NCBI RefSeq assembly: GCF_006345805.1
Contig: NC_043018.1
Coordinates: 26,288,001-26,352,000, forward strand
Source: Octopus sinensis
Taxonomy: Eukaryota
Direction: 5' to 3'
DNA length: 64,000 nucleotides
Below the pieces are notes generated by a model, which was not told the DNA's origin, ran no database searches, and was given only the letters and a program-made list of their open reading frames with translations. Below, piece after piece: positions 25,218 through 39,231 of the stretch (position 1 is its first letter; each line of letters begins with the position of its first letter). A program made the translations under genes and the position numbers.

Positions 25218-26629
25218 CATATATACACACATATATTCATAGATACATATATATGTGTATCCATATAATGTATGTATGTGTGTATGTGGTGAAAGTGTGT
25301 ATCATTGTGATTAATGTGTTCAACTCATGACCATAATGCCATGAGTTCAATCTTTGGATCAAGTAGTGCATTGTATTTTTTTTTTTTTGAGCAAGGCACG
25401 TCATTTCACATTACCCCAGTCTACACTGATGAGAATGTGTTGCCACTGGCTGCTTGTGCATCAAACCGTCCCTCCAACTGTTACATACTGCTTGTGCCAC
25501 AGCATGGGAAGGTTTGAGAGTCTAGAATATATCTGTGTGCTTGTGACTATGCAGGCACCTAAAGCAATTTCTGAAAGCATTGTACATATTACCAATCCAT
25601 ACTTGCTTGCAAGTGATGGCTGGCACTTTTTCAGAGTAATAATGTGATGCACAAGCACTCAGTTTTGAGTGCACTACATCTTTTAGCAGAAACAGCTGTA
25701 AGCTAATGCAGTTCATAATGTAACAATTTCATAATTTCTTGTAACTTTGTTATTAATTTAATTTCCCTTTATGCTCTGTACTCAGCACTTTACTTTGAAG
25801 CATATGAATTCTAACACCAGGTTGTTTGTATTGATATGCCTAAACAATACATATTTATATATATATACATATATATATATATATTTGCAGTTGTGCGAGT
25901 AAACAAATTAGATATATAATATATATAATAATAATAATATGTGGGAATAAATATTATTCCAAACTTACAGGGAAAAATTCAATTTAGAAATACTAAATCA
26001 AATTTCACAGAATATAATATATATATATATAAATTAGAAAGCAACCACCTTTTATCAATTCAATAATGAAAAATTAAATTATAGAAAAATTACATATTAT
26101 AGAAAGATTAAATATAAGATAAAACATATAGCAATGATTAAGTAATATGCTAAATATTAAATGAAATGTATAAATTTGGTAGAATAACAACACATGTTTC
26201 ATGGCTATATTTAAGAAATGATAATATATATGAGAATATATATTTTAAAATATTTCGTATTTTACAAGATTATTTACGTATAATTATTAATTTATTTAAT
26301 TAACTATTTTATTGCTTTTGTCTTTAACCTGAAGAGTGGCTATATTTATATTGAAGTGATTTTACTATTATTATTACTATTGAGGTCAACTTTGCTTTTC
26401 ATCTCTCTGTGGTTGGTAAACTAAGGTACCAGTCATATGCTGGGTGAGGGGGCAATGTATATTCCAAGCACAGCATGGATGTAAGTGACATTTTGAAAAA
26501 GTTGGGTCTTGGTTATTTTTATTAAAAAAAAATGTCAGTCATTTGCTGTTGTTTGATTTCTAATTTCAAGCATTTGAGTTCAGATTCTCACTTTCCCTTT
26601 CCGTCACTTTTAGCTCTGTCTCTCTTTTT

Positions 26630-27048
26630 CTCTTACTCACACACACACACACACACACCAGAGTCTCTCTCTCTCTCTCTCAGCACACTTGCATATAGTC
26701 TATCTCTATCTCTCTATCAGACGCAAACACAATCTTCTCTCTCTCTCAAAGACACACACAAACACACACACACACACTCACACACAAACACACTCACAGA
26801 CAAACACACACACACACACAAGAGTCTCTTTTTCTCTCTCTCTCAATCAGACACAAACACAATCTTCTCCCTCTCTCTCTCAAACACACACACAAACACA
26901 CACACACTCACACATAAACACACACACACACACTCACACATAAACACACACACACAAACACACACACACACAAGAGTCTCTTTCTCTCTCTCTCTCTCTC
27001 TCAAACACACACACAAACATACACACAAACACAAGCACACACACAAAC

Positions 27049-27079
<31 letters not shown>

Positions 27080-27385
27080 TACACACACCTGTGTGTGCAC
27101 ACTCTTCAGCATTTTGCTGTTCTTAACTATAACTTTCAAACATTTAGATTTTAGTTAACGCTCAGCATTTGCTCCTCTCTCTCTCTCTGCCACTCCATCT
27201 CTCTCTCTCTCTCTGCCTCTCCATCTCTCTCTCTCTGCCTTTCCATCTCTCTCTCTGTGCCTCTCTATCTCACTCTCTGCCTCTCCCTCTCTCTCTGCCT
27301 CTCCATCGCTCTCTCTGCCTCTCCATCTCTTCTTTGCCTCTCCATCTCTCTCTCTCTGTCTCTCCATCTCTCTCTCACCCTCTCA
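26630..27385. repeat. Compound (CA)/(CT) microsatellite and CTCTCTGCCTCTCCAT-type minisatellite
   Basis: Read directly; CAAGAGTCTCT-bounded blocks repeat. Confidence 0.9.
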
Positions 27386-27561
27386 CATACACATAATACA
27401 GAGAACCACATCAAAATAAATACATGGCCCTTTCCATTTCATTTACCAATTTCCAAGTGTTTCTTACAGGGAAAACCATTGCAGAAAAAAAAAAAAAAGA
27501 CAAAATAATTTCTTTGCACGTTGATTCATTTCAACAATTTGTCTAATTCCTTACTTTCCAG

Positions 27562-27594
27562 TTGTTCCAATGACGAAGCTGATGATTATAACAG
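27562..27594 (+). CDS. Candidate 33-nt coding microexon A' (phase 2/2), peptide CSNDEADDYN
   Basis: Branch-like CTAAT at 27543-47, acceptor TTACTTTCCAG (AG 27560-61), donor AG|GTTCGT (27595). Paralogous to 6714-6743. Splicing to 47309 gives AG+T = Ser and keeps the frame. Confidence 0.65.
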
Positions 27595-27838
27595 GTTCGT
27601 TAATGTGTATTTAACTCTAACTATAGAGAATGCTAGATGCTTAATTCTTCTACCTTTTTTTAAACTATTAAAACATTTTGTATTTGAAATTCTGTTTAGT
27701 TGCTGATGTTCTTTGGTGATGCCGTATCAGTTTATATGCTTTATTTATTCATTTAGTTTTTTCTTAATTTATTTATCTGTTTGTTTGCCATAGATATATA
27801 TATTTGTTTCATGTATGTAAATGTACTGTGCATATGTA

Positions 27839-27894
<56 letters not shown>

Positions 27895-28053
27895 CACGTG
27901 TGTGTATGTGTATACATATATGTGTATGTATATTTTATGTATCTCTATATATGACTAGTTATATGTAAATATATAATATATATATATATATTTTACTTTT
28001 TTACTCATTTAAGTCATTTGACTGCAGCCATGTATGTGTATATATATATATAT

Positions 28054-28100
<47 letters not shown>

Positions 28101-28139
28101 ATATATATATATGTATATCTATATGTGTATGTATATATG

Positions 28140-28170
<31 letters not shown>

Positions 28171-28267
28171 TATGTATGTACATTTATATGTGTATGTGTG
28201 TAAATGAATTTGTGTATACATATGTGTGTGTATGTGTGTGTATATGTACAGTTATATATATATGTAC

Positions 28268-28311
<44 letters not shown>

Positions 28312-28923
28312 ACACACACACATACATGTCTTTATATATGTGTACATACAGGGCAGCCCGAAAATTTGCATATTTAGAAAATATGTTACATGTTTGCTTC
28401 ATTTGTATTTCAGCAGATATGATTTAATCCTTTTAGACATCCATTGTTCTTGGTCAATTCGTGTGGCCTACAGAGTGCATATGATCCCTATATTCCAATA
28501 GCAAAATTGAAAAAAAAAAAGAAATAAAAATAGAAAAAAATTAGTGATGTTGAGCCTGGAGACTACAGTGGTCAGTCAACTAAACTTCATCTCTTGATCC
28601 ACCCTGATAGGGTGGGGGGAATGCTAAAGTCTGTCTCAAGCCTACAGACTCGTGGGTCCTGAAGAATATGACTTAGGGTAAGAGTTACCAGACCAGTACC
28701 AGCCTGTGAATCACAGTCTGCAGTGTGTTTTTGCATTATATATGTATATGTGTGAGGGCACGTGACCTTGTGGTTAGGATATTGCAAGATCCTGGTTTCA
28801 ATTCCTGGACTGGGTGATGCTTTGTTTTCTTGAGCAAAATGCTCCATCTTGCATTGCTCTACGATCACTTTCACCCCTGGCATATGGCACACCATGCATC
28901 TGTTCAGACAATGAAAGCAGCAC

Positions 28924-28961
<38 letters not shown>

Positions 28962-28964
<3 letters not shown>

Positions 28965-29302
28965 GGTAAAGACTCCCTTCAGTCATGAATGACCATGGGA
29001 TTGCACCTAGAAAGTTCTCTGAAGCACAAATCTGGGCAAGGTTGTTTATGGAAGACCAGCAGTTACCCATGCATACCAACCTTCCCTCTTCCATGCCACT
29101 AATGTTGTCCAAGCGAAAGGCAAAGGGACCGATACAGCTTGGCACCAGTGACATCGCAACTCATTTCTACAGCTGAGTGGACTGGAGCAACATGAAATAA
29201 AGTGTCTTGCTCAAGAGCACAACACACAGCCTGGTCCAGGAATCGAACTCACTATCTCATGGTTGTGAGCCCAACGCGCTAACCACTGAGCCATACGTCT
29301 TC
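28962..29302 (-). mobile_element. tRNA-headed SINE with CORE-like body and a distinct tail
   Basis: The minus strand reads GGCTCAGTGGTTAGCGCG...GAGTTCGATTCCTGG...CTTGAGCAAGACACTTTATTTCATGTTGCTCCAGTCCACTCAGCTG, then a tail ending GGTGCAATCCCATGGTCATTCATGAC. A tail fragment also occurs at 13060-13220. Confidence 0.75.
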
Positions 29303-30149
29303 TCGTTCCATCATATATTTATTCTTTTATTCTTTCACTTATTTCAGTCATTTGACTGTGGTCATACTGGAGCACTGCATGAATGGTTTTTAGTCAAACA
29401 AATCAACCCCAGGACTTTTTAAAGCCTAGTACTTATTCTGTTGGTCTCTTTTTGCTGAACCACTAAGTTATGGGGACATAAAAATACCAACACTAGTGGG
29501 GGGTGGGAAACAAACACAAACATAAATACACACACACACACACACATATATACATGACAGGCTTCTTTCAGTTTCCATCTGCCAAACCCACTGCAAGGTG
29601 CCCTGCAGTGGGACTGAACCTAGAACCAAGTGGCTGGGAAGCAAGCTTCTTACCACACAGCCATGTCTGTGTCTAAAACGTATTAAGGTCTCCAATTTTA
29701 TATTATGCACTTTACTGTGTATTGTTACATGCTTGGTCCCCTAGTCTGTGGAGAGGTTGTCATACATGAAATTGGTCTGTGCTGCAGAAAAGGCTGTGAT
29801 GGTGGGGGGTACTGCTGACTTATATTATAAACCAACCCCTGGACAGATGACCAGCCTATTGCAGGATCAAGCCCTTCAGCCTTATGACCACTCATGTGGC
29901 CAGTACACATTTTCGGCTAAATGATCTGGAGCAATGTAAGATGAAGTACCTTGTACCAAAGACATGACATGCTGCACTAGTCAGCCTGGAAATTGAACCC
30001 ATGATTTTACGGTCACTAGCCTCCAAACTCTAACCAGTAGGTTTTGTTTAAAGAAAGTACTCATGCCATTATGAAGATGTGGTGGAATAACATCTTGAAA
30101 CAACATCTTGTGTTCGTCCTATGAGGTTCAAATTTTTGTGATGCCCTGT

Positions 30150-30192
30150 GTATGATGTATATATACTTACACATGTATGTATATATATATAC

Positions 30193-30224
<32 letters not shown>

Positions 30225-30629
30225 ATATGTATATATATGTGTGTGTGTGTGTGTGTATATGTATATATGGTGTGTGTGTGTGTGTGTGTATATGTATATA
30301 TATGTGTGTGTGTGTGTGTGTGTATATGTATATATATGTGTGTGTGTGTGTGTGTGTATATGTATATATATGTGTGTGTGTGTGTGTGTATATGTATATA
30401 TATGTGTGTGTGTGTGTGTGTATATATGTGTGTGTGTGTGTGTGGTATGTGTATATGTATATATATGTGGTGTGTGTGTGGTGTATATGTATTATATGTG
30501 TGTGTGTGTATATGTATATATATGTGTGTGTGTGTATATGTATATATATATGTATTTATATACATATATATGTATATATATACATATATATGTATATATA
30601 TATGTGTATATATACATACACACACACAC

Positions 30630-30673
<44 letters not shown>

Positions 30674-30778
30674 CACACACTCACTCATATATATGCATAT
30701 ATAGATCTTTATATTAGTGTATGTGGGTGTCTATGTATTTATGTGTATACATGCACATATTTGCCTGAATATATACGT

Positions 30779-30814
<36 letters not shown>

Positions 30815-30820
30815 AAATAT
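30150..30820. repeat. Compound (TG)n/(TA)n microsatellite with a ~30-bp higher-order unit
   Basis: (TG)n-TATATGTATATATA recurs about 8 times at 30190-30420. Confidence 0.9.
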
Positions 30821-32329
30821 TTTATGTAGTGTTCTCTTTGCCTTCTCTTGAAATTTTTTTTTTTTTCTTAAATTCTGATACTTTTCTCTTTCTTCAATTG
30901 CTTTTGTTTTATTTAATAATGCCTTGCTCAGACATGCAAAAAACTTATCTGCTTCATTTTGTACTTGGCATGGTGAATCAGTAGAAATTAGTTATTTTCA
31001 GAGTTGAAGTTGCTTGTTGCCAGCTAGAAAAGCTAAATGAAGTAGCAGTAATTCTTTTACTGGTTTCAGTCGTTGGACTGTGGCCATGCTAGAGCATCAC
31101 TGTTAAAGTAGTTTTGGAGACAGTAATTCCTTATTGACAACAGATCTAGTGAAATGAAATACCTCTAATTTACTGAGTACACTACACAGTCGTTTAATTC
31201 CTTTACAGGTCTGGTTTCAATCTTTGAGTGGGACCATGGTGGAACACTGATTTTTCCAATATTTTTTAATTAGTTTTTTATTTGAACACCTGCTGAGAAT
31301 TTTGTTTGAAATTTAATTTATTGACTTAGGTTTAGTGGATGGATAAGTTCACCTATTGAGATACTTCCTTTTTTACATAATTCCCCCCCCCCCTAAAGAA
31401 ATTTATGTAGTTTGAATGAGAAACTGTAACTAAAGATGAAGATTATTAACCCCAGAAAGAGATGAAAAAAGAGAGACAGCATAGCGAAAGTTTTGGTTGA
31501 CTGTCATCCTGTACTCCCCTTGTTGCTAGGGAAATGGTATATACTGGCTGTGTGAGCAAGTGGTTGTTTTAATGGCAGAACAAACAAGGGAATTCCATTA
31601 GAAAAAGTTTTAATCAATTTTCTTGGTAGCTATGGGGTCTAGGAAATAATTGCAAACCACATTCCAATCTATGCACCCGTCTCCACATGTGTGCCATTTT
31701 TCACATGAATCCACTCAGCCGTTTGGCTGTGAACCTCAAGAAAAGAAAGAATATAATGATCACCCATGTCCAATTTATATTATAGATACACAAACACAGA
31801 AACAGATATTCTCATACACAGAAACATCTCTCCTTCCCCCCTCCCCCTCCCCTACCACCACTATTAGAAATGAACACATACATACACAAAGAATCTGTAC
31901 TGGTGCCATGTAAAAGCACCCATGCTGGTGCCACGTGATAGCACCCAGTACACTCTGTAAAGTGGTTGACGTTAGAAAGGCATCCAGCCACAGAAGCCAT
32001 GCTAAAACGAACAAACAGAACCTAGACAGTTCTGTAGTTGGCCAGCTTCAGTCAAACTATCCAATCCATGCTATTTCGAAGAATGGACAGTAGATGATGA
32101 TGATGCTGATGATGATGACGATGGCAGTGGGTAAGACATCAAATGGCTTAGAATAGATATGGACCGGATTAGTGCTCAGACCAGATCGAATTCCTAAACC
32201 CCAGCGTCCTGTTCATGGGGGACATAAACCAACTAAACAGGAGCTAGTTGTAGGAAACACACGAGTCAAACTAATGAAAATACAGATAAAATAAAAGTTA
32301 TTTATGGACCCAGGCCATTTGCAAATAAG

Positions 32330-32606
32330 TTACACACACACACATATATATATATATATAGAAAAATATGTAAAGATATATATACAAACTATATGTATAG
32401 ATATATGTACATACATATAGATATGTATATAGTTGTATATATATATATATATGTGTGTGTATATGTATATATGTATATGTATATATGTATATATATAGTA
32501 TGTATGTATATATATATGTGTGTATATATGTATGTATATATGTATATATATATATGTATGTATATACATATGTGTGTGTATATATATATATGTATGTATA
32601 TACATA

Positions 32607-32638
<32 letters not shown>

Positions 32639-32824
32639 CATATGTATATATATATTTATATATATGTATGTATGTATATATGTATATATATATATATGTA
32701 TGTATGTATATACATATGTGTGTGTGTATATATATATATATATATGTTTATATATATGTATGTACGTGTGTATATATATGTGTATATATATGTATATATG
32801 TGTATATATGTATATATATATATA

Positions 32825-32877
<53 letters not shown>

Positions 32878-32890
32878 ATATATATATAAT
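32330..32890. repeat. (TA)/(TATG)/(TG) compound microsatellite
   Basis: Read directly. Similar tracts at 1960-2345, 23845-24050, 27830-28320, 54110-54440, 55370-55660 and 56040-56430. Confidence 0.95.
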
Positions 32891-33096
32891 TAATCAGAGA
32901 GCAGAAAGATAGTTCATTGTTAGTCCTTCACGTAAAGACTGATATTCAGAAGTTACATAAGCAAAAATAAAATTGAGATTTTTTTTTCTCCCCTTTATTC
33001 TCAATTGTATTTTTACTTACATTAACTTCTGAATATCTATCTTTTTGTGAAGAACTACCATCGACTATCTTTCTGCTTTCTGATTAATTATGTATG

Positions 33097-33127
<31 letters not shown>

Positions 33128-36085
33128 TTATGTAACTTGTAAATGCCATAAAGAACTGCCTGTCCAGCTTTTATGCTCTCATTATGGGTGTGTGTGTGTG
33201 TGTGTAAGAATAACATAACACAAAAATGGGGGATAGAAGGCTTAAATCGTTGATCGCAACATTTGTTTCTGCACTCATTCACAAATCAGCTACTCTCTAG
33301 AAAATCCACAGAACCGGTGTGAAAGCCTTCACCTCATGGTGAAGAAACCCATTCACCTGTATTGATATTTGAAAATGCTCACCACACGAAAAAAAAACTA
33401 CTTAAGGCTAAAACTATAATGTAAGCTGTGTATCGATTCATTTGTAAAGTTTTGGTATCAGGAAGTGCATCCTGCTGTAAAATACTGCCTCAAAAATAAT
33501 CTCATCTGACTCATGCCAGCATGGAAAAAATGGACATAAAAATAATGAAAGAATCAATATTTTTCTCAGCAGGATGCTGCACTTCTTCAGATTCTTATCC
33601 TCTTGCAGTTTGCTTCTGGGATACTGAAAAAAGATGCTTTCCTTCCTCTTCTGTGTTAGGTTGGCATTCAGTATTCTTGAAGTACCTACCAAACTTTCTG
33701 TAAAGCTTTGGAAAGGACACTTTGAACAATATAATAAATTTGCTATCTCTGGGGAGAAAAGCTAGAGGGTCATGGGTGGAATGTCTTTGAATATAGCTTT
33801 TTAGGTTAGCTCAATGAGGGCTCGCTTGAAGTTTAAACAACAAAACTCCAAGACAGGAAAGAGCCAATGAGTGAGTCTCAGTGTGGCTATTCAAGTTGCT
33901 AGAAATAGCAACCAAGTCTTCTTCATATCACATACTTTCTTCTTTGTCTGGCTTTGATAATCATGGAAACTCTACCTTCTCCTTTTCACACACAACTTTG
34001 CAAGTTTTGGTGTTTGTCTTTCTGTAGCCAGCTGGGAAGACCATCAAGTACCTTGTCTATATATTTTCCTTGACATTTTTTTACCCTTTCCGTTTTCCAT
34101 TTGTCACTGAGTATTCAAGGTTTAGTCTTCACGTGTGATGTCCAGTGAACTCAGCCTGTTGCTCCCACCCACTCCGTATCATCATCATCATCATTGTCGT
34201 TTAATGCCCGCTTTCCATGCTGGCATGGGTTGTATGGTTTGTCTGAGAACTGGCAAGCTGTACCAGGCTCCAATCTGATTTGGCATGGTTTCTACAGCTG
34301 GATGCCCTTCCTCAAGCCAACCACTCCAAGAGTGTAGTGAGTGCTTTTATGTGCCACCAGCATGGGAGCCAATCAAGCATCACTGGCATCGGTCATGCTC
34401 GAATGGTGCTTGAATTTTATTAATAAGTGTTCTGGTGGCATGTTCTCATCTGAAGTCTTTCATCATCATCATCATCATCGTTTAACGTCCGTTTTCCATG
34501 CTAGCATGTGTTGGACGATTTTGACTGAGGGCTGGTGACCCAGATGGCTGCACCAGGCTCCAGTCTTGATCTGGCAGAGTTTCTACAGCTGGATGCCCTT
34601 TCTAACGCCAACCACTCCGAGAGTGTAGTGGGTGCTTTTTACGTGCCACTTGCATGGGGGCCAGTCAGGCGGTACTGGCAATGACCTCGCTCGAATCTTT
34701 TTACATGTGCCACCGACACAGGTGCCAGTGAAGCAACGTTGGTAACAATCACGCTCGAATGGTGCCCTTTTACGTGCCACAGGTACGGAAGCCAGTTGGC
34801 TGCTCTGGCAACGATCACAACGATCATGCTCGGATGGTGTTCTTGGCACCCTACTAGGACAGGCATAAGTGCCAGTAAGGCGACGCTGGTAACGATCATA
34901 CTCGAATAGCCGCTCTGTCAACAATCACACTCGTATGGTGCTCTTTGCACCCTGCTAGCACGGATGCCAGTCATTGAAATGATTTTGATTTCACTTGCCT
35001 CAACAGGTCTTCGCAAGCAAAGTTTATTGACCAAAGAAGGAAAAGCTACGCATAAGTGGGCTGGTTATGCTCAACAGTAATTATTCCCTCTGTATAGGAC
35101 ATCTTCAGCATCTGTTTAATCCTTTTGATATCAATCTGTTTCAGGCTGTCCCTTGTTCTGTGAGACAAACTTCATGTTTTAAATTAAACTTTCCATCAAG
35201 ATATCACTTATATTCTGAACACCATCTTATTAACAACGAAATTATTTCGACTAAATTCTTTCAAAGCATTGGTGATGGTGTCACATAAAAATCACTGCTA
35301 CTGGTGCTATGTAAAATGCAGTGGTGATGGTGTCAAGCAAGAAGTGCCCGGTACTCACTGTAATGTGGTTGGCATTAGGAAGGACATCAAGCTGTAGAAA
35401 CCATGCCAGTCTATGGAACCTGGTGTTGGCCCTGGCTTTGTTAGTTCCTGTCAAACCAGCCAACCATGCCAGCATGGAAAATTGACATCTAATGGTGATA
35501 ATGATGATGATGATGAAAGGCAGTATATTTCAACAAAAGTTTTGTAACAAAATGGTACTGGAACCAGGAACCACATAGATCTGCTCAATGCAGGTAGATG
35601 TGGAGCTAAATAATCATCATCGTAAAAGTGAAACATTGACAGTTTGATTTTTACAGCTTTATCAGCTTTTAACCCTTTAGCATTCAGATTCTTCTGTCAA
35701 ATGTAAAGCTTATGTATTCACAACATGTAAAATTAATCTTGCCTCATTTCATGGCTTTGAGATTTCAATGATGTGATTGTTTATTTTTAAAATGATACAA
35801 TAAGGTAGCTATGAATGACCAGATCTGACTAGTTTGAAAATAAAACAGGTAGAATATTTTGGCCAAATATGGCCGGGTTAAACACTAAAGGGTTCCTTAT
35901 CCTGTATATTTATCTGAGAGAGAGAGAGAGAGTGGGAGGAGATAGAAATGAGTTAGAGTGAAATCAATGAGAAGTAAAAAATGGCCCACAGAACCAAGTG
36001 AAATATCCTTCCAATATATATAATTGGAACACAGTTTAAACATTAGTCTCACTTCAAATTTCTCTTTTTCCTCATCAGTCTAGAC

Positions 36086-36305
36086 CAGTGCTTTTCAAAC
36101 TTTTTGCTGGAGCGGAACCCCAAGGAAATATTCCACTGGCTCGAGGAACCCCCTGTGCAATAATTTAATAGTCTTATGCACACATATCTGCACAGGAGAA
36201 TTAAAAATTACTGCCGATTTTAGCAGTTTTGTAACTTCTTGCGGAACCCCTGGACTGTACTGGCGAAACCCTAAGGTTTCGCAGAACCCTGGTTGAAAAC
36301 CACTG
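36086..36305. mobile_element. hAT (Buster/Charlie-like) MITE, 220 bp
   Basis: Perfect 8-bp TSD GTCTAGAC (36078-85 and 36306-13). TIRs CAGTGCTTTTCAAAC and the reverse complement of GGTTGAAAACCACTG match at 13/15. An 8-bp TSD with central TA is characteristic of Buster/Charlie hATs. Confidence 0.9.
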
Positions 36306-36790
36306 GTCTAGACCAATACTAGTTTCTTATCACTTTCAATCTTTTTCTTCTCACCTCTCTCCAAATACTACTTGCAGTTCTATAACTGCAAGTAGGAATA
36401 AACAAACTTTTGGTTAATTAAAATATGCTTGTGACATATTTTAACTTCTAAAGGCAAATCCACTGATGTTACTGCAAAGAAAAAATTCTCTCTTATGGTG
36501 AAAGGTGTAAAAACACCACATCTGCCCAGTGCTTTTCCCCTATAGGATTCCCAGACATATGTTTCTAGCTCTTTAGCTTTCCTTAATGAGAAGTACCAAA
36601 GGGAGATAACTCCGGACAGATTCAAAGCCATAGCTTTAACTAAAAGACAATCAACCTCAGTGACTGAGTTACACTAGTGGACTGCCTGGCTGGAATAAAT
36701 ATAGCAGCATCAGCTCCAAGCAGTGATTAAGAATAAACAAACTTTCTCTCCATTTAATCTTTTGGCATTACAATTACTCATCAGATGTAA

Positions 36791-37160
36791 TCTCAATATA
36801 TATAAAGTTGAAGTTGTCTGTGTATGGCAAGTTTGGTAGCCTTCAACTAACATTTTCTCCTCCGAGACCCTGCGGCACAAGTTGACCAAAATTAAGAGTA
36901 TGATAGAAGAAGGTTTGCTCTTCCTTCCGTAGAAGAAAAAATTCAAATCGGACCATGTTCACACCAAAAATTATTTACATAAAAAAAGTCCTTTTTTTCT
37001 ATGAAAATGTGTCGCCATTTTTCGGTGTATTACAACCAGAAAAATGTTCACATAAAGAGAATAACAAGCTACATAATGCAAAATCCTTACTTTTCAAAAA
37101 TTCCAATTCTAAAGGGTCAAAAAGAAAATAAACCTGAGCAACGCCGGGCTATACTGCTAG
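36791..37160 (+). mobile_element. Second non-autonomous Helitron (different interior)
   Basis: A|TCTCAATATATATAAAG start, end CCTGAGCAACGCCGGGCTATACTGCTAG|T. The 3' 30 nt are almost identical to the 1294-1794 element. Confidence 0.8.
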
Positions 37161-37429
37161 TACATATATATTTGCATTAGTTACAATTAATCATGCATTA
37201 TCTCATAGCTTTGATATTTTAACGATGTGGTTGTCTCCTTTTACAATGACATTGCAGGATAGGTATGAGAAGTTAAATCTAGCCAATTTGAATATTAAAA
37301 ACAGGTAGAATATTTTGGTCAGGTATGGTTGGTTTAAATACTGAAGGGTAAAATATTGAGGAGACAATAATGTTGGTTTACTGATTGGCCATCCCAATGT
37401 ACCCTTATCCTAAAACTGCATGGGGTGGC

Positions 37430-37955
37430 TTGAAAGTTATTTAGCTGCTACTTCTAGCAGGTCAAGCAACTGTGTAGAAGCTTCTGTTAGGCTAGTTATA
37501 GTAAACATCAGTTGTTTCACCCCAAGCCACCCATGATCAAACAGACTTCTGATTACAGAGACAGTCCAGTTGTGACCACCCCATCTTTTGCTTTCCTTTG
37601 TGTATCTACAACCACATTATCTCATGTGCCCTTCCTTTTTACTACGACTGTATGGAGTGATTTGAGAAATATTTAACTGCTATTTCCAACAGATCAAGCT
37701 TCTTTGAAGCTAGTTAAAGTAGAGAGTAATAGTCTCACCTCTAACCACCCATGATCAAGCACACCTACAGTAACAGAGACAGTCCAGTTGTGACCACCCC
37801 ATCTTTTGTTTTCTGTTGTGTATCTACAACCACATTTTCCAATGTGCCCTTCCTTTTATCTGCAAGTATATGGTGTGATTTGAGAGATATTTTTAACTGC
37901 TATCTCTAGCAGGTCAAGCAGCTGTGTAGAAGCTTGTTTTAGGCTAACAGTAGCC

Positions 37956-38000
<45 letters not shown>

Positions 38001-38600
38001 ATTTTTCCCCAAACCTGCCATGATCAAACAGACATTCCCATGGTGGCCACCTCATCTTTTGACTCCAGCAGAAAAAATAGTACAACAGCCAAAGGATTGA
38101 AATTCAACTTTAGGTTATGTCCACCTTGGAAGTATGTTAGAATAGTTTCCTGTGTTTGGACCATACTTTTGATATGAAAAGGAAGGAGAACTTGCCAGTT
38201 GTGGCAAGCATGCCTTTCCAAGAATATTGGTGCAATATTTTTGTCGTTTAGTACCAGTTTATTCAGAAGTTGCAACTTTCATTGGAAACCATTCCAACTA
38301 TGACCATCTCGACTTTTTGGTTTATAGAGACGACACTGTACCTTTCTTTTCAGATAGCAGGGGCGAGGGTGATTTAAGGAAGAATTGGTCGCTACTTCTG
38401 GCATATTGAGTGCCAGTTCAGCTCAGATGGAGCAATTTCAAATGAAAGCCATTCCAACCATGATCACCCTGGATTTTTGTATTTCAGAGAATACACTACA
38501 TCCTTCCTTTCAGATAGCTGGAGCAGAGGGTGATTGGAAGAGAATCGGTTGCTGTTTCTAGCATTTTGAGTAGCTGTGTAGAAGTTGCTTTGTAGTTCAA
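37430..38600. repeat. Four to five diverged tandem modules of an unclassified interspersed repeat
   Basis: CCATGATCAA..CCAGTTGTGACCACCCCATCTTTTG..GTGATTTGAG..CTGCTAT(T/C)TCTAGCAGGTCAAGC recurs at ~37515, ~37745, ~38015, ~38285 and ~38445. Fragments also at 4.7, 33.9, 44.0, 46.4 and 50.7 kb. Confidence 0.6.
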
Positions 38601-39231
38601 TAAGGACTTAAAAGTTATGCTAGAGATTCAATTTACTAAGAATATACTAAAATTTTACATTGCTCCATTGGTCCATAACAATAATAATGGTAATGCTAAT
38701 ATTGATTTTTAAAATAGGCATCGCACATTCGAGTGAGCTAAATGTGTTGTCGGAAGATAGAATGAAGAATGTACAATGGAACCACCATAATGTCTGAAGA
38801 AAGAAGGAAAAGTCTGCTGTAGAACATGGTGTTTGTAAAGCTAGAATGAATTATGTGCAACAGAACAACATCTTGTCTGCAGATAGACCGTAAAGTCTGC
38901 CATAGACCATAAGTCATTGGCAGTGCCAGATTAAGCCCCATAGAGGCCTTGAGCATTTAAAAGATTGTGGTGCCCCCCATATATAAGGGATTAAAAACAT
39001 AAACAGGAATAAGCCATAGATTAATTTTTTTTATTTTTCAAAATGAAACAAAATTATCAGTAAGAAGGAAAGTAATGTTTATTTTTGTATACTTCTGCTT
39101 TATTAATATTTGAAGTGTTTTCTCCTACTTTTTTTTAATTGCAAAGTATTTAATCAAATCCTCATCATGACTCCATGAACACTTTCAAATTATATTTCCA
39201 GTCATATAATTCACTTTGAATATTATTTTAG

